A stretch of DNA of 64,000 bases from Octopus vulgaris (lineage: Eukaryota), in contig OX597824.1 of NCBI GenBank assembly GCA_951406725.2, positions 4,092,001 through 4,156,000 of the forward strand. The letters are read 5' to 3'. The translations under genes were made by a program, and so were the position numbers. Below the pieces are notes generated by a model, which worked only from the letters and a program-made list of their open reading frames with translations, did no database searches and was not told the DNA's origin. Below are positions 21,496 to 35,314 of this stretch, one piece after another; the stretch's first letter is position 1; the number at the start of each line of letters is the position of its first letter.

Positions 21496-23025
21496 ACATA
21501 CATTACAATTGATGTATCAAATCTTAGAAGTCCTCCTGTTTACTTCCAAAATCTGAAATGTCTGGATTTTTAGCAATTACCATTCTTCATTTCTGTTTCC
21601 TTGTTATTTTGATGTAAGCAAATATTATTGATGTTGCTGTGGACTCTGCTTCGGTGCAGCTGCTGCCGGCCACTCACAGAGTCTGTGATGTCAACAATAT
21701 AACTGTCTACGCATATTTTATAGGAACTACAGAAAGATTCCTATCACAATCAGCTTTTATTAGTATTATTAAAAAAGTTTTGATTCAGAGAACTTGTAGT
21801 TTGAATTGTTGTTGTTGTTTAACTCCGAGATGATCAGCATTGACTGAACAGGCCTACGATCAAAGGCATTTAAGATGAAACCAACTCATTTCTTTTTTAC
21901 CAGTAGATCGATTGACCAACAACAGAGAGAGACTCCCTTTTTGTAGTTGTTATTCCTGTGGCTACTGTAGTTATGTTCCATTGTTGTGGTCATTGTTTTT
22001 TGTTCCTCATTGGTCCTGACTGAATAGATCTATGATCAAAAGCATTCTAGCCATGACCAACACATCTGTTCTATTCTTTTGGAGTTATGACATCGTTTAT
22101 ACAACGCTCCGTTATGCAATGAGTTCTTTTTTAAGACAGCAGAATGTAAATTGAGAGAGAGAGAGTTAGCTGCTATTTCTAGTAGATTAAATGACTTCTT
22201 TGATTTGTTGCTGTGGTTGTTCCTGATAATATTTCTTGATCATGATTATTTGTGATCTCGTTAGCTCTACTCCAGCATAATTATGTTAGGCGGATTAATT
22301 GATTTCCAGATTGGAAAGAAAACCCTGGTTCATTCTGCATCCAGTGGTCTGAGGTCCTCCCCATCCTAATCCCATGTTGCTACGAGTGCAGGAAAGGTTG
22401 TGTGCTTAAGCAGTTCTCTGTACATCCATGTGGTACTGAGTTCAATCCTACTGTCAAGTGCTTCAAATAAGAGCTTTCTGCTATGGCCTCAGATGTTCAA
22501 AAACTTCCAAATGAAGTTTGGAGGACATAAACCATGCAGAAATCTCTCACCATTGTTAACATCATCCTTTCTTGTTCATTTTTGCATGGATCAGATCTTC
22601 TATGGCCAGACACACACCATAATATACACTATCACGCTCATCATGTCCTAAGCAGTTACAGCCCATGTTTCACTCTGAGTAAAAGGCCTTTTGTTACCAG
22701 CAGAAGTAGGAGCTCTCTGAACTTTGCCTAGGCTATTCTTATTCTAGCAGCTATGATCTCAGAGCATCTGGTCACCAAGGCAATAGAAGCTAAACTACTT
22801 CTAGTTTTTTTCCCTGGCATGTGATGGTTAGATAAAGTTTATTGAGACAAATTTTCTACGAGATGCCCCCCCCCCTCCCGTCTCCAAATCTGACTTGTTT
22901 TCTAGCAAGGTCATATCTCTCCATGGCCAGACATGCTTTCGCAGGATACTGGAAATGAACAACACTGCTTGTATGACAGTGACACTCCTTTACAGCTATC
23001 ATGTGATATCAAGACACGGACACAC

Positions 23026-23094
<69 letters not shown>

Positions 23095-23248
23095 ATGAGC
23101 TTGTTTTAGTTTCTGTGTACCAGATCCTCTCAGAAAGCTTTGGTCTGCCCAGGGCTATAGTAGAAGACATGTACAGCATGTGCTATGGAGTGGGACTGAA
23201 CCCAGAACCATATGGTTGGGAAACAAACTTTTAAACCACACAGTCACA

Positions 23249-23294
<46 letters not shown>

Positions 23295-23781
23295 CATGTG
23301 TATGAGAAAGCATTTCACAAATTTATGGAAATTGTAAATAATGCCATGGAAAGTTTTCTATAAAACAAATTTTTTCTAAAGCAACATAGTTTTGAGGTAT
23401 TTATTCTGCCTGATTTACACTGATTATTTCTTGTCAGTCTCACCATCATAAATGCTGTAAAACAGCAATTTACCTGTTCTAAATCTGTAACCAATGGTAA
23501 TGTTGTTCACAAGAGATGAGATAAAATACCTGGAAAGACCTCTCTCATCCTCTTGTTACCAATATACCTGAGACTTTCTTCTTGCCTGTTGCTATGCTAT
23601 GAACTCCCTTAGGAACACCCTTCCCTTCATTTCATGCTATCAATTTTCTGAAGCTGATTGTAAATTAAAAAGTTATTTTAATTAAAATCTCAATCAAAAT
23701 CTTATTAGTTTATGAACGATAATGTGAAACTTCAGCAGAGTGTTGTGTATGCAAGTATGTGGGTGTGTGTGTGATATGTGT

Positions 23782-23812
<31 letters not shown>

Positions 23813-23934
23813 TAGTTGTTCAGATGATCAAATGACTAGAAGCTCATACACTGTTCTTGGTTGGAGAATCCATCATATATACGCACCCCCAATATATGAT
23901 AATAATAATAATAATAATAATATTATAGCAAGGT

Positions 23935-24225
23935 ATTCGAGGGGTCATTGCCAGTGCTGCTGGACTGACTCCTGTGCAGGTGGCACGTAAAAAACACCAT
24001 TTTCGAGCGTGACCGTTGCCAGTACCGCCAGACTGGCCCTCGTGCCGGTGGCACTTTAAAAGCACCCACTACACTCTCAGAGTTGTTGGCATTAGGAAGG
24101 GCATCCAGCTGTAGAAACTCTGCCAGATCAGATTGGAGCCTGGCGCAACCATCCGGTTCGCCAGTCCTCAGTCAAATTGTCCAACCCGTACTAGCATGGA
24201 AAGCAGACGTTAAGCGATGATGATG
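23935..24225 (+). mobile_element. SINE-like family 3
   Basis: GTTGGCATTAGGAAGGGCATCCAGCTGTAGAAAC...GCATGGAAAGCAGACGTTAAGCGATGATGATG. Confidence 0.8.
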
Positions 24226-24628
24226 ATATACATACACATGCATACCAAAATAATGCATACCTGCATACATACATATAGATGATACCTGGTCTTTTATGAT
24301 GAAGGGAGCAGAGTTTGGGATGATTCTTTTTTTTGTTTCATTTTGTTCTGATTTGTAATTGTAATTGCCTCCAAGGTAAAAAGTAGGTTAAGGTCTCACA
24401 CAGAAAACAGTGAGTTGAAAAACTCTCATCAACTCAGATTATTCAAGCAAATCTGACATTGTTCACCAATAGTTCTTATGTATTACTTGCATATTCATGG
24501 AATCGTTTCTTTTATTTTGTCCAAATGTTGTTTGAGTGCTTTCAGTGTATTTAACCTCTTTTTTTCTTTTTGGTTGTATTCATTTCAACAAATATGTTTG
24601 CTATTGATGTGTTATATCTAAAGAAGCT

Positions 24629-24678
<50 letters not shown>

Positions 24679-25353
24679 TAACTTATTCCCTTTCGGGAAC
24701 TTTATTAAACTGATTTTTGTCGGCACAGACCACCACTTATCCTCTTCAATGTTAGTATTTTATTTTGTTTTGTGCAACCAAAGAATATTGATTTTCCACA
24801 CGAGAGAGAGGGGGGGGGAGGGGAAGATGTTGGGGGTAGTTTGGTGCGATGTGTGGTAGAAAATCATGGTGTCTAGTGAAGGGAGTAATAGATTTGATTG
24901 GTCCTTGCAGAGGTAGGATTCCATCTAATTTGTTAATGTATGATTGAAATGCATGTGGATGAGATGGTAATGTATAAATGGAAGAGAGAGAGATGATGCT
25001 ACTAGGATGTACCAAAAGGCTTTAGCCATGAATCCAAAGAATTGGGAAACATAAAAGGATAAAAAACCTTTTGTTGCAACACAGAATATATATATTTTTG
25101 TATAGAGATGAAGGAAGGTTGTGCATTAATAAGTGGAATTGCAATGGACCAGAACATTATTTGTGGCTCCATTTATAACAATAAAAAATGCTAGGAAGTT
25201 TTGCTAGATACAAGTGAAACTTGAAATCTTGAGAAGTCATTTACAAGTCAGTGTTGTTGTCACCAGGAAAGATGGTAACATATCATTATTGTTGTATTTA
25301 TTGCAGGGTTTGTTGTTTCTGTTGACTCCTTGGCTTGGTTCTCTTTTGTCTTC

Positions 25354-25356
<3 letters not shown>

Positions 25357-25399
<43 letters not shown>

Positions 25400-25542
25400 C
25401 AATATTATTATTATTATTATCAATATTATTAATATTATTATCATTATTATTAATATTATTATCATTATTATTATTATCGTTATCATTGTTATTATTAATA
25501 TTATTATCATTATTGTTATTATTATTATTATTATCATTATTG

Positions 25543-25573
<31 letters not shown>

Positions 25574-25866
25574 TATCAATATTATTATTATTATCATCAT
25601 TATTATTAATATTATTATTATTGTTATTATTATTATTATTATCATTATTATTAATATTATTATCATTATTATTAATATTATTATCATTATTATTAATATT
25701 ATTATCATTATTATTATTATCGTTATCATTGTTATTATTAATATTATTATCATTATTGTTAATATTATTATTATTATCGTTATCATTGTTATTATTATTA
25801 TCGTTATCATAATTGTTATTGTTGTTATCATCGTCATCGTCATCATCATCATCATCATTATTATTG
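25357..25866 (+). repeat. Long interrupted (ATT)n microsatellite ending in (CAT)n, with higher-order subunits
   Basis: Read directly; source of the poly-I, poly-L and poly-Y ORFs. Confidence 0.95.
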
Positions 25867-27123
25867 ATGCATTACTCTTGCGATTAGTAATAAAAGTAAT
25901 TTTGTTTGAGTATTGAGACTGTATATTAATCTGTCAAAGTATCTAGTTTGTTTATAATATATTGTCATATATGTGTGTATGTTTATATACACATGTATGT
26001 ATACATGTGTGTGTGTGTGTGTGTATGTGTGACTGAGTGCACATTCCATCTCATTTTGACATGTGTGCACTGATTGTTGCATGCATGCATGTTTGTATGC
26101 ATGTATGTATATATGTTTGTTTGTATGTATGTATGTGTATATATATATGTACTGTGTCAAGTTGTGCCCCTTGTATAAAGAAAAAAGAACCTAACTTAGT
26201 GATCTGATGAATAGAAATTTTATGAAATAAATCCCAGGATGAAACAGATATTGAAATCAATATGATCAATGAAGACCATTGGAAATAGTGCACCAGCAAG
26301 GTTGCACTCCAATGACTGAAAAGCCATTAAAAAAAATAATAATAAAACTGAAATGATTATATAACAATTTGTTTATAAAAATGATGTCTCAGATAATAGC
26401 TTCATGCTTTAAAGTCAGCCTGAAACTATTCACTTTCTAATATTCATTTAAAATATGTGCAGAGGAGGTTTATGAATGTTAATCACAACAGTGTATTAGA
26501 AAAGTTATCATTGAAAACAAGAAATCTATTCAATTTTCGTTTGATTTATGGACACTATTAGACCTTTAGCACAAATCAGCAATCCAGAGAAGAGATTTTA
26601 GTCTCAAACAACAGATGTTGCCAAATTATAGATTTTTAGCTTTGATAAATAAAGGCAACAATTTTGACAAAAATCACAAATAGTTACTATGTTCATGACC
26701 ATGTTGTTGCATAGTCACTGCTACACAGCCAAGGACCAGATTTGTACTATCAGTTGATAACAAGTTACAGCAAGCTATTGGCTAATGTTTGATCATTGAT
26801 AAGTAACAAGTTACAGCAAGTTGCAGATCAGATTTAACTATCAGAGGCATTTGCCAATCGTTACTAGTGAAAAACGGAGCCAATCAATAAGTATCAAACT
26901 GTACAGATACATGTACACACATGCACATCCATGCGTGTGTGTGTGTGTATCTAAGTGCTGTATGGCCAAATAGTTAAGTTTGTTTTACAACCATGAGATG
27001 CTGGGTTCAATCCCGTTCTGAGGAATCTTGGACAAGTGTCAATTTCCATAGCCTTGGCTCAGCCCATCCCTTGTGAATGAAAATGAGTGGACAATGAATT
27101 CATGGAAACCTGTCAGATGTACC

Positions 27124-27315
27124 TATTTCTTTACTACCCACAAGGGGCTAAACACGGAAGGGACAAACGAGGACAGGCAAACGGATTAAGTCAATTATAT
27201 CGACCCCAGTGCGTAACTGGTATTTATTTAATCGACCCCGAATGGATGAAAGGCAAAGTCGACCTTGGCAGAATTTGAACTCAGAACGTAGCGGCAGACG
27301 AAATACCGCTAACGT
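27124..27315 (-). mobile_element. SINE family 1, 5'-truncated
   Basis: Reverse complement of the family consensus. Confidence 0.85.
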
Positions 27316-28049
27316 TTCAAAAGAAACGGCCATGTCACTGACTATTTCAGGCTGATTCTGCCAGAGAATTACAGAAAGGCTGCACAGTTCTGTGGAAGGT
27401 TTAAAACAGTTATTCATTAACTGAAGACCAGCTTATTTAGGTGATCAAACAACTGAATCCTTATTGTTGGATGACAAAGATCCACCCTGCATATACATAT
27501 GTGCAGACATATATTTATGTACGCACACACACACACACCAGGGGCTTCCACACAGTTTCCATCTACAATATTTCACTCACAAGACATTGAAATTATAATA
27601 GAACACCCACCAAAGACATAAAAGAGGATAAATAAACGTAGATATTCACTCAGGTTGATATGCAGTCTCAATATAAAAAAAAAAATGCATTACAAACAAC
27701 AACAACAAGATTAAGGTATCAAGAGTATTACTACGAATACTAAAACTAATAATTTTTAATTAAATTCTAGTATTTTCTGCCCTGTTTTTTTTGACCAGAA
27801 TTAATAATTAAGTAATAGTTTTTTTTCTCATTATGTGTATAATTTTAATAAATTTTTGGGATGAAGTATTGAGGGTTGGAGTTTCTCTATATTCTGTATG
27901 TTAATGCTAACTTAACAATTTGGTTTCATGCAGAAGGGGAACTTGAATAATTATCCCCCCTCCCCCCATTCCAATATTCTTACAATTAGTGATCTTTGTG
28001 AACTGAGAAATATCTTAAGAGTTCTATATTGCAAATGACTTAATCAAAA

Positions 28050-28335
28050 TGGCAAACACTCACCTAGCGCTTATTGCCTCTGTTTATTCCATTGCAACTA
28101 CAACAGTATCTGCTCTTCTGACCCAGTTACTTGCATGTCCCTTCCACCTCGACACAGCCAACACATCAGTCTCTTCTCCTCTCATTACCCCAACTGTGTC
28201 TCCCTACCCAAACCCCCAATCACTGTTCTCACTCCTTCCTCTCTGGAACAACAACCCAATGCAATTCTGTCTCTACTCATGATTTTCTTGAAGATATCGA
28301 CTTGCAGAGAAATAATAAATACATTAGACCTCCCT
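28050..28335 (+). mobile_element. Decayed CR1/L2-group LINE 3' end
   Basis: Peptides CLFHCNYNSICSS and HCSHSFLSGTTTQCNSVSTHDFLEDIDLQ resemble the LFYRYY..CS and SFFPRT..LWNSLP..VFP C-terminal motifs. Confidence 0.55.
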
Positions 28336-30835
28336 ATTTCTAAGGACAGCCCTAGAAAGATCATGGTGCCATGGTGACACTAAACACTTAAAATAAGTAT
28401 TGTGATTTGAGGTGTGTATATTTATATGTATGTATATAAAACTGGTAATCTGTATTTGATGTATGGCTGTTAAAAGAACATGCATTTGTATTGTTGAAGT
28501 AGAGATGTTGATAATGGTAAGATAAGATACTTATATATCAATAATGCCAAGACACAGATATCATAATAACATGCCAATCTCCACAGTTACCATATTACGC
28601 TTTACATAATATAAAAACTGTTCAGATGGGGGAGGGGGTCATTTAGGTACTGCTCTTTGCATTCTGTGATCAAATTCTGTTAAGGTCAACTTAGCCTTTT
28701 ATCATTTGGGTGTTGATAAAGTCATCACTCAAGTACAAGCATTGATTTAATTGACTGATTCCATGCGACCCCTAATCTGAAGCCTTGTGTCTATGTTAGG
28801 AATTATGTTAAGTTACAAAAATCAATAAAATGGTACACATGCAATAAAAACACTTTGGGGTCACTAGTGTAGCTGGAGTGTGTACCATCCAGGGTGGCCC
28901 TTCCATTTACCACCACCCCTAGACCCCACAAAAAACACATACTGCCTACAGCAGATCCAAAAGTGGTGCCTCTTTAAAAGTGCTGCTTGGGGCAGACTGC
29001 CCCTACCAGTCCCCTAGCTATACTAGGTACAGATTTTATTTAACATGTTTGGGGTACATATTATATTTACCTGCCCATGGTGACAGTGTTGTGTTAATTA
29101 TATACATCAGTAAAACTGCAGCAAGTGTGAACATCTGTTGTTGAGACACATTTATAATAAAGTTACCTGCCAATGATTTTGCAGGACAAGTGTATACAAC
29201 AAAGCTGTCCCCATGTGTCTAAGGTGTTGTGTGGAGATCAGATGAATTTATACCTGAGCCACATTAACAATTGACCTACATTTTCGATGAAATTGCAGCA
29301 CATGTGGATGTGACATTGTTGATGGATATGTGCGTAATAAATGGGAGAATATGTGTTTCAGTAAAAAGTCAGAAGATTTAGAGATTTCAGTTAATCAGTT
29401 TTATAAATAAAAATTAATTTGGTGTAAAATCAAATGATTACTGTCAGACATCACTATTTTCCTGAGACCGTATGCAGCCTCAGGTACATATATGCACATT
29501 AAACTGCGGTTTGCATTTACTAGTGAATCCATTGAACACAGCAACAATGGTAATACTGAATATAACGACAGTAAAATCGAGAGACTCAAGAAAATTCTGA
29601 CAACACTTGAACGAAACAAACAAAACGAAGACTGAACAATAATTAATTATTTTTAAAAACCTTAATCTTCTCCAATGTTATCAGAAAATGAATTCTCCAG
29701 AGCAAAATTTGAATTTTAAAATATTAACCATTTTGTCTTGAAACAATACAATGCAATATTAACTGTATAAAAATGCACCTTTTTTTTTCTGGGTGCTGTT
29801 AAAATGCAGATATATAAGCATTACTTAATACTTTTACAACAATGGATCCACATTAATTTGCCTCCTTGCAATTTATACAATTTTATCTTATTGTTCTCTT
29901 TCTCTCATTTCTTTTCTCTCCTTGTTCAGTTTCCCTTTTGTGTTTTCTCTCAGTTTTTGACATTCCCTTTTGTCAATTCTTTTCTAGATTTATTCCTTTA
30001 TTCATCTCATCCACTCTGCCACTTTGCCACTGGCAGCAACACTTCCCAGCCTGAAAACCCATCCCACATTCAACCACTGTCATCTCATTCCTTTATGGTA
30101 CCAAGGTCTGCTTCCACTTTTACTGACAAAACCACTGGAGGTTGTTGCAGCTTAAACCACAGATCAGCCTTGATTGAGTAGACTTACAATCAAAGGTAGT
30201 CCAACCATGACAATCCCATCTTTAAGACATTCTGTATTTAGAACTACATTATTCAACAGAGAACAGGATTTAAATTTAGGGAAATGTGGTTTATTTCTTG
30301 CAGTTCTTTTGACCACATAAACATTTCCATGATGCTTCTTAGAAAAGCAAAAGATATGCAAGAACATGGCAGACAATTGAATACATTTTTAATAGATTTT
30401 TTGGTTGTTGTTAATATACTATTACTGGCACCAATTCCTTCTCATGGCCACTTAACCCTGAAATAATGGTTCAGTTCATTTAGCTCTAAGTTGATATTGT
30501 TTAGAATCAAGTAATTCCATAGAAGCTCATCTCATCTTTTTTATTTTTTGTTAAGGAGTGTGTCTGTGAATATATTCATCAAAATGGCCTTCCTATTTCT
30601 AAGCTGGCAAGTTTTGATATGAGGGAAATTCGGTTGCAATTTCTTGCAGATTGGAGTGATCACATAGAGGCTGCCTCATTAACTCATGCAGAAGCTTTAA
30701 TGCTAACCTATAGAGGCTCTCCCTCATTAGTCTGTAGAATCTCCCTCATTTGTCTGTAGAGGCTGCCTTGTTAGATATCACACTAGCAACATGATATTTC
30801 CACTCAAATGTCTAAAGCAATTTATTTTACTCTTT

Positions 30836-31239
30836 ACTCTTTTTTACTTGTTTCAGTCATTTGACTGCGGCCATGCTGGAGCACCGCCTTTAGTCGAGCA
30901 AATCGACCCCGGGACTTATTCTTTGTAAGCCCAGTACTTATTCTATCGGTCTCTTTTGCCGAACCGCTAAGTGACGGGGACGTAAACACACCAGCATCGG
31001 TTGTCAAGCAATGCTAGGGGAACAAACACAGACACACAAACATATTCACACACACATATATATATACATATAGACGAGGCGCTTCTTTCAGTTTCCGTCT
31101 ACCAAATCCACTCACAAGGCATTGGTCGGCCCGAGGCTATAGCAGAAGACACTTGCCCAAGATGCCACGCAGTGGGACTGAACCCGGAACCATGTGGTTG
31201 GTTAGCAAGCTACTTACCAAACAGCCACTCCTGCGCCTA
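30836..31239 (-). mobile_element. SINE family 2, full length and young (CpGs retained)
   Basis: Minus-strand head AGGCGCAGGAGTGGCTG...GGTTCAGTCCC; short internal microsatellite. Confidence 0.9.
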
Positions 31240-31522
31240 TTCTTTAACAATAAGTGAAAGTCTAAATTTGAATTAGAAATGGAAGAAGAACTGATGAAAA
31301 ATAACACAATGGACATGTATGTGCTCCTACTTCAGCAAAGAAATAGAGAGCACGACTTTTAATATAAACACTATTTGCTTGGTATTATGCGTGTCCCTTT
31401 CTAATGTCAGTTGTTATCCATGGATCTTTTAGTTCAATTAATAATTCTTTGTCACACGTGACCACACTTTCCACTAAGATATTCTACTCATTTAAAAATG
31501 ATACATTCGGTTACTATATCCT

Positions 31523-31554
<32 letters not shown>

Positions 31555-31740
31555 GGCAAATGAAAGATGGAATATATGAGAATACATTAATCACGACAAT
31601 TGTTTCGACACATCTAGCATCAATCTCTCATTTGCCATATACATAACGATTAATGTGGAAGTGACCATGCTTTACCAGTAAGCTACCAGGTATAAACCAT
31701 TTGTTTTATTATCCAATATATAGATATATATATATACATA

Positions 31741-32250
31741 TCTATATATATAAAACTCTAGTTGTGTGAGTGTCTGTCCCCTTCGATTTAGATTCCTAAC
31801 TCCTCCCACATTTTGCGGTGCAGTTTAACCAAATTCGGGTATCTTATAGTCGTGATTCATATCAAGCCCGTCTGGGTATTAGCGCGCGTCAACGATGAGT
31901 CTACGATTTTAAAAATAATTTAACATAATTTTTTATTCCATTTTAATGCATAATTTTTCGTGTGTCGATGGCGGCGGAGTTGGCGTCCACGCTCACAGCT
32001 GCACCTGTTTGCTTCTCCCCCTTCCCTCCCTCGTGAAGCTGTGGGGAAGGGAGTGTAAAGAAATCAACGTCGTAATGCGTTGTCAAGGAGACCAGCATTC
32101 TTTTAGAACAACGACTTCATGGCTTGAAGACACCAAAACAGAAATGGCTAAGAAAGCCCGAATTGGCATCTATAAGGGAAGTAACTCTCTAAAAATGCTT
32201 ATATAGTTATTTCCCTTACAAACCCGAGCAACGCCGGGCGATACTGCTAG
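31741..32250 (+). mobile_element. Complete non-autonomous Helitron
   Basis: 5' TCTATATATATAAA after an A; 3' hairpin CCCGAGCAACGCCGGG, 8 nt, then CTAG followed by T; no TSD; CpG-rich. Confidence 0.9.
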
Positions 32251-32269
32251 TATATATATATAAGGAAAT

Positions 32270-32520
32270 AGGAGTATAGGAAAGTGGTGTGTAGAAATGG
32301 TAAAAATGCTTCTTGTCCATGGTATGTAAATTCCAATAGGGGTTGATATTTTGTAATTACAAATGGAAAGTGTGGAGCCGCAGATTCCATGTGCTGTTCG
32401 TTCAAAGGGGACTTGTGGTGTGAATGAAAATTTGAGAATGTAGTGGTTGTATTCAGTGGATAGAGAGGGGAGATGTGTATGTTAAAATGAGGAGAGAGGT
32501 CAAAAGGAAAAGGTCAAGTA
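32270..32520 (-). mobile_element. Penelope-like RT fragment
   Basis: Minus-strand peptide KYQPLLEFTYHGQEAFLPFLH (about 32288-32352) resembles the PLE RT motif P.+.FT.E.....LPFLD. Confidence 0.55.
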
Positions 32521-32570
32521 ACTCTTTATATTGAACTCTAATATTTCCCTCTATTTAATCATCTCACATC

Positions 32571-32618
32571 GTTTCTGATGAAGCGATATCCCTAATATCC
32601 CAGAAACAGCTGTAAGAC
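32571..32618 (+). ncRNA. Type I hammerhead ribozyme motif
   Basis: GTTT CTGATGA A GCGATAT cccta ATATCCC A GAAA CAGCTG TA AGAC; palindromic stem III ACAGCTGT, GUA cleavage triplet. Confidence 0.75.
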
Positions 32619-35314
32619 TAACTTTCTCTTTATAAATGTCCTGAAAATTCCCCACAGCCTTGGCTTTGTTGCCTCATCTTATTTAACACACACACACACA
32701 CATATATATTCTTTCATAGTTTATATTGCTATTTTAGTGGTTATCGTTTCAAAGTTTACTTAATTATTTTGGACATAATTCAAGACTTGAAAAACATGTC
32801 AACGAACTATAAACACTATAGATGAAATTTAATAATAGAATTGTGGGAGGAAGCAAATGTGGGTGAATAATGCAGCTGTTAACAGATTACAGAGACAGCC
32901 TATTTAATGGGTAATTCACTGGGATTTAGGCTCATTATCAAATAGAATTGAAAATATCCATTGATTCAACTTGTTGATTGCAATCGTATGCAAATGATGT
33001 TTCGGAAATAAACTCTGAACAGAAATTGAGCCAAGTCAGATTTGACTGACTCTGTTCTTGCTTCATCATACAACCACAGCACAAGTTTTGTTGGCTCCCA
33101 GTTTATAATAAATAAAATTCCAGGCAATTATTTATGTAATCTTCCATATGACAGAGGAAAACGTAGAGATCTGCTCATTGAAATGATATACTTTCAAGGC
33201 ATTAGCAGTTCTAATACTTTTCCGATCTGTCAGCATTCTCTTTGCAAGAATCCTTTTCAAATATCTCTCTATGTCTTGCAGCACATAATTTGATGTACAT
33301 TTGAATATTTCCAAAATCCATTTAGAAAAAATATATCTTTATATAAATTTAAATGACTTTCTTCTAAGTTAGCCAGAAGGATTCTTGGTATAATTCGTTT
33401 CATTTCATAGAGCTGATGCAAGCTTCAAGCAAACTGATTTTTGTTACTCACAGTTTTGATTTCAGGCTATTGCCACATATCAATCGATTGGTGAGGCTAA
33501 TTCTCTCAGTAAATTCACAGACACCACAAATCCGATTCCTCACATTGCCTTCTTTCCCGAAGTCAATAATTGTAAAGATACCCCACTGACTACAAACAGT
33601 CAAACATGATACGAGAGTTTCTTTATTCATTTATTTCGTCTTTTATTCTTTTATGTGTTTCAGCCAGGTGGCTGTGGTCATGCTGGAGCACCACCATGAT
33701 GAAATTACAATATAACTGATGAAAAGTTTTTTGTCATCGTTCAACAGCTTTGTGTCCAAAATAGAAAAGATGTATATTTTTTCATTTTTTCAGTCACTGT
33801 TTAGTGTGGCCATGCTGGGGCACCTCCTGGGGGTGGTGGGGGTGGAGTTAGTCAAACAAATCAATCTCAGTCTGTATTTTAAGTCTGGGACTTATTCTAT
33901 TGGTCCCTTTTGCTGAACCAGTCAGCTTCAAGAACAAAAACAAACCAACACCAGTTGGTTTTCAAGTAACAGGAGACAAACACAAATACACACACATACA
34001 TGTATGCACACACATACACATACATGTATGTGTGTGCATGTGTACATACACATAATGGTCTTCCACACAGTTTCCGACTATGACATTCACCTGAAAAGCA
34101 TTGGTTGATCTTTGGTTAGAGTATGAGTCGTTTGCCCAACGTACCACACAGCTTTATATAAATTTAAATGACTTTCTTCTAAGTTAGCCAGAAGGATTTA
34201 ACTTTTGTGATTTAAAATCCAATTTTTGATCTTTACAGATTTCAAATTAGCATTCAGTTATAATAATTAAGATCTTTATTCAATAATCCACTGTAGATAT
34301 TGCATTGTCATTTTCTGGACTAAGACCATAAATATCTATTACTTGAGCTAATCTCTCTATCGGACAGTTGCTAAGCCATGAAGATAAGATTACCATAATA
34401 ATCTAGATGCCTGTCTGGGACGAAACTTGTCTTTCTTACAAACCAAAGTCTACCAGTGGCCTTCAGTGAATGAATTAATATTTTATTTTAAAATATTTGG
34501 TTAGGGATTTTTAGGGTTACCTGTAATCAGTTTGGACTTCTCTGTTCACTGTGAGATCTCAATATAAGTACATTACTTTCTGTTGTGTGTCTGGTAGAAG
34601 ACACTTTTCTTTAAGCTATATCTATGAGAAAACTTGGTTAGTCAAAAGTCTGCCTTGGTCAAGCAGGTTTATACTTAAAGGCATTCCAGTCATGACCACC
34701 CCAATTTTCAGATATCATATGTCTATGACATATAATATTAATTTCTACTCTTATCATTTAATTCCATATATCTGTGTTCTCTAGCCAGTTGATTCACTGC
34801 TGAATATCATTCATTTGCAGTTGTTTTCTAGTTTACTGTGCTAGTAAGAGGGCGTTGGAATCGGAATTTAAATACATGACATTGGAAGTCTGTATATATT
34901 TGTATCCTCTCATGGAGATGGGTTGTGTCCAGTTCCATTGTTGTGTCAGCACCAATTTCACTGAGGAGACACACACAATTGTTGAATTGTTCATGTTGAA
35001 ATCTTAAGCTATGGAATGAAGTGCTATGTTTATTTCCTTACATTTGTCTGACTCATTAACATATAGCGTCTTACTAAGTTGAGAACACAGATTTAGTGGT
35101 AAGATGGTTTGACATCTATTTTTAGCATACAAGAGATCCATAGAGTGAGCTCTCATATTGTTTATATCATTCATTACTTAATTTTAAAGATGAAATAGTC
35201 AGATATAAAATGAAATTGGCTGATATTTCTAACTGGTCAAGTAACTGCATGGAGAAGTTGAACTTAGCAACAAAACCTTTGGAAATCTCATTACTTTTAG
35301 AATACTTTTGTTGT

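Noticed and set aside
21306-21573. Repeat proteins (VCVKGWGM / THTIPQPF)
   Set aside because: 24-bp minisatellite open in several frames; no splice or coding evidence.
25214-25916. Poly-Ile, poly-Leu and poly-Tyr ORFs of up to 193 aa
   Set aside because: (ATT)n microsatellite.
33460-33496. 25-nt plus-strand microexon (TTTCAG...GTGAGG)
   Set aside because: Such signals arise by chance; length is not a multiple of three and no partner exons were found.
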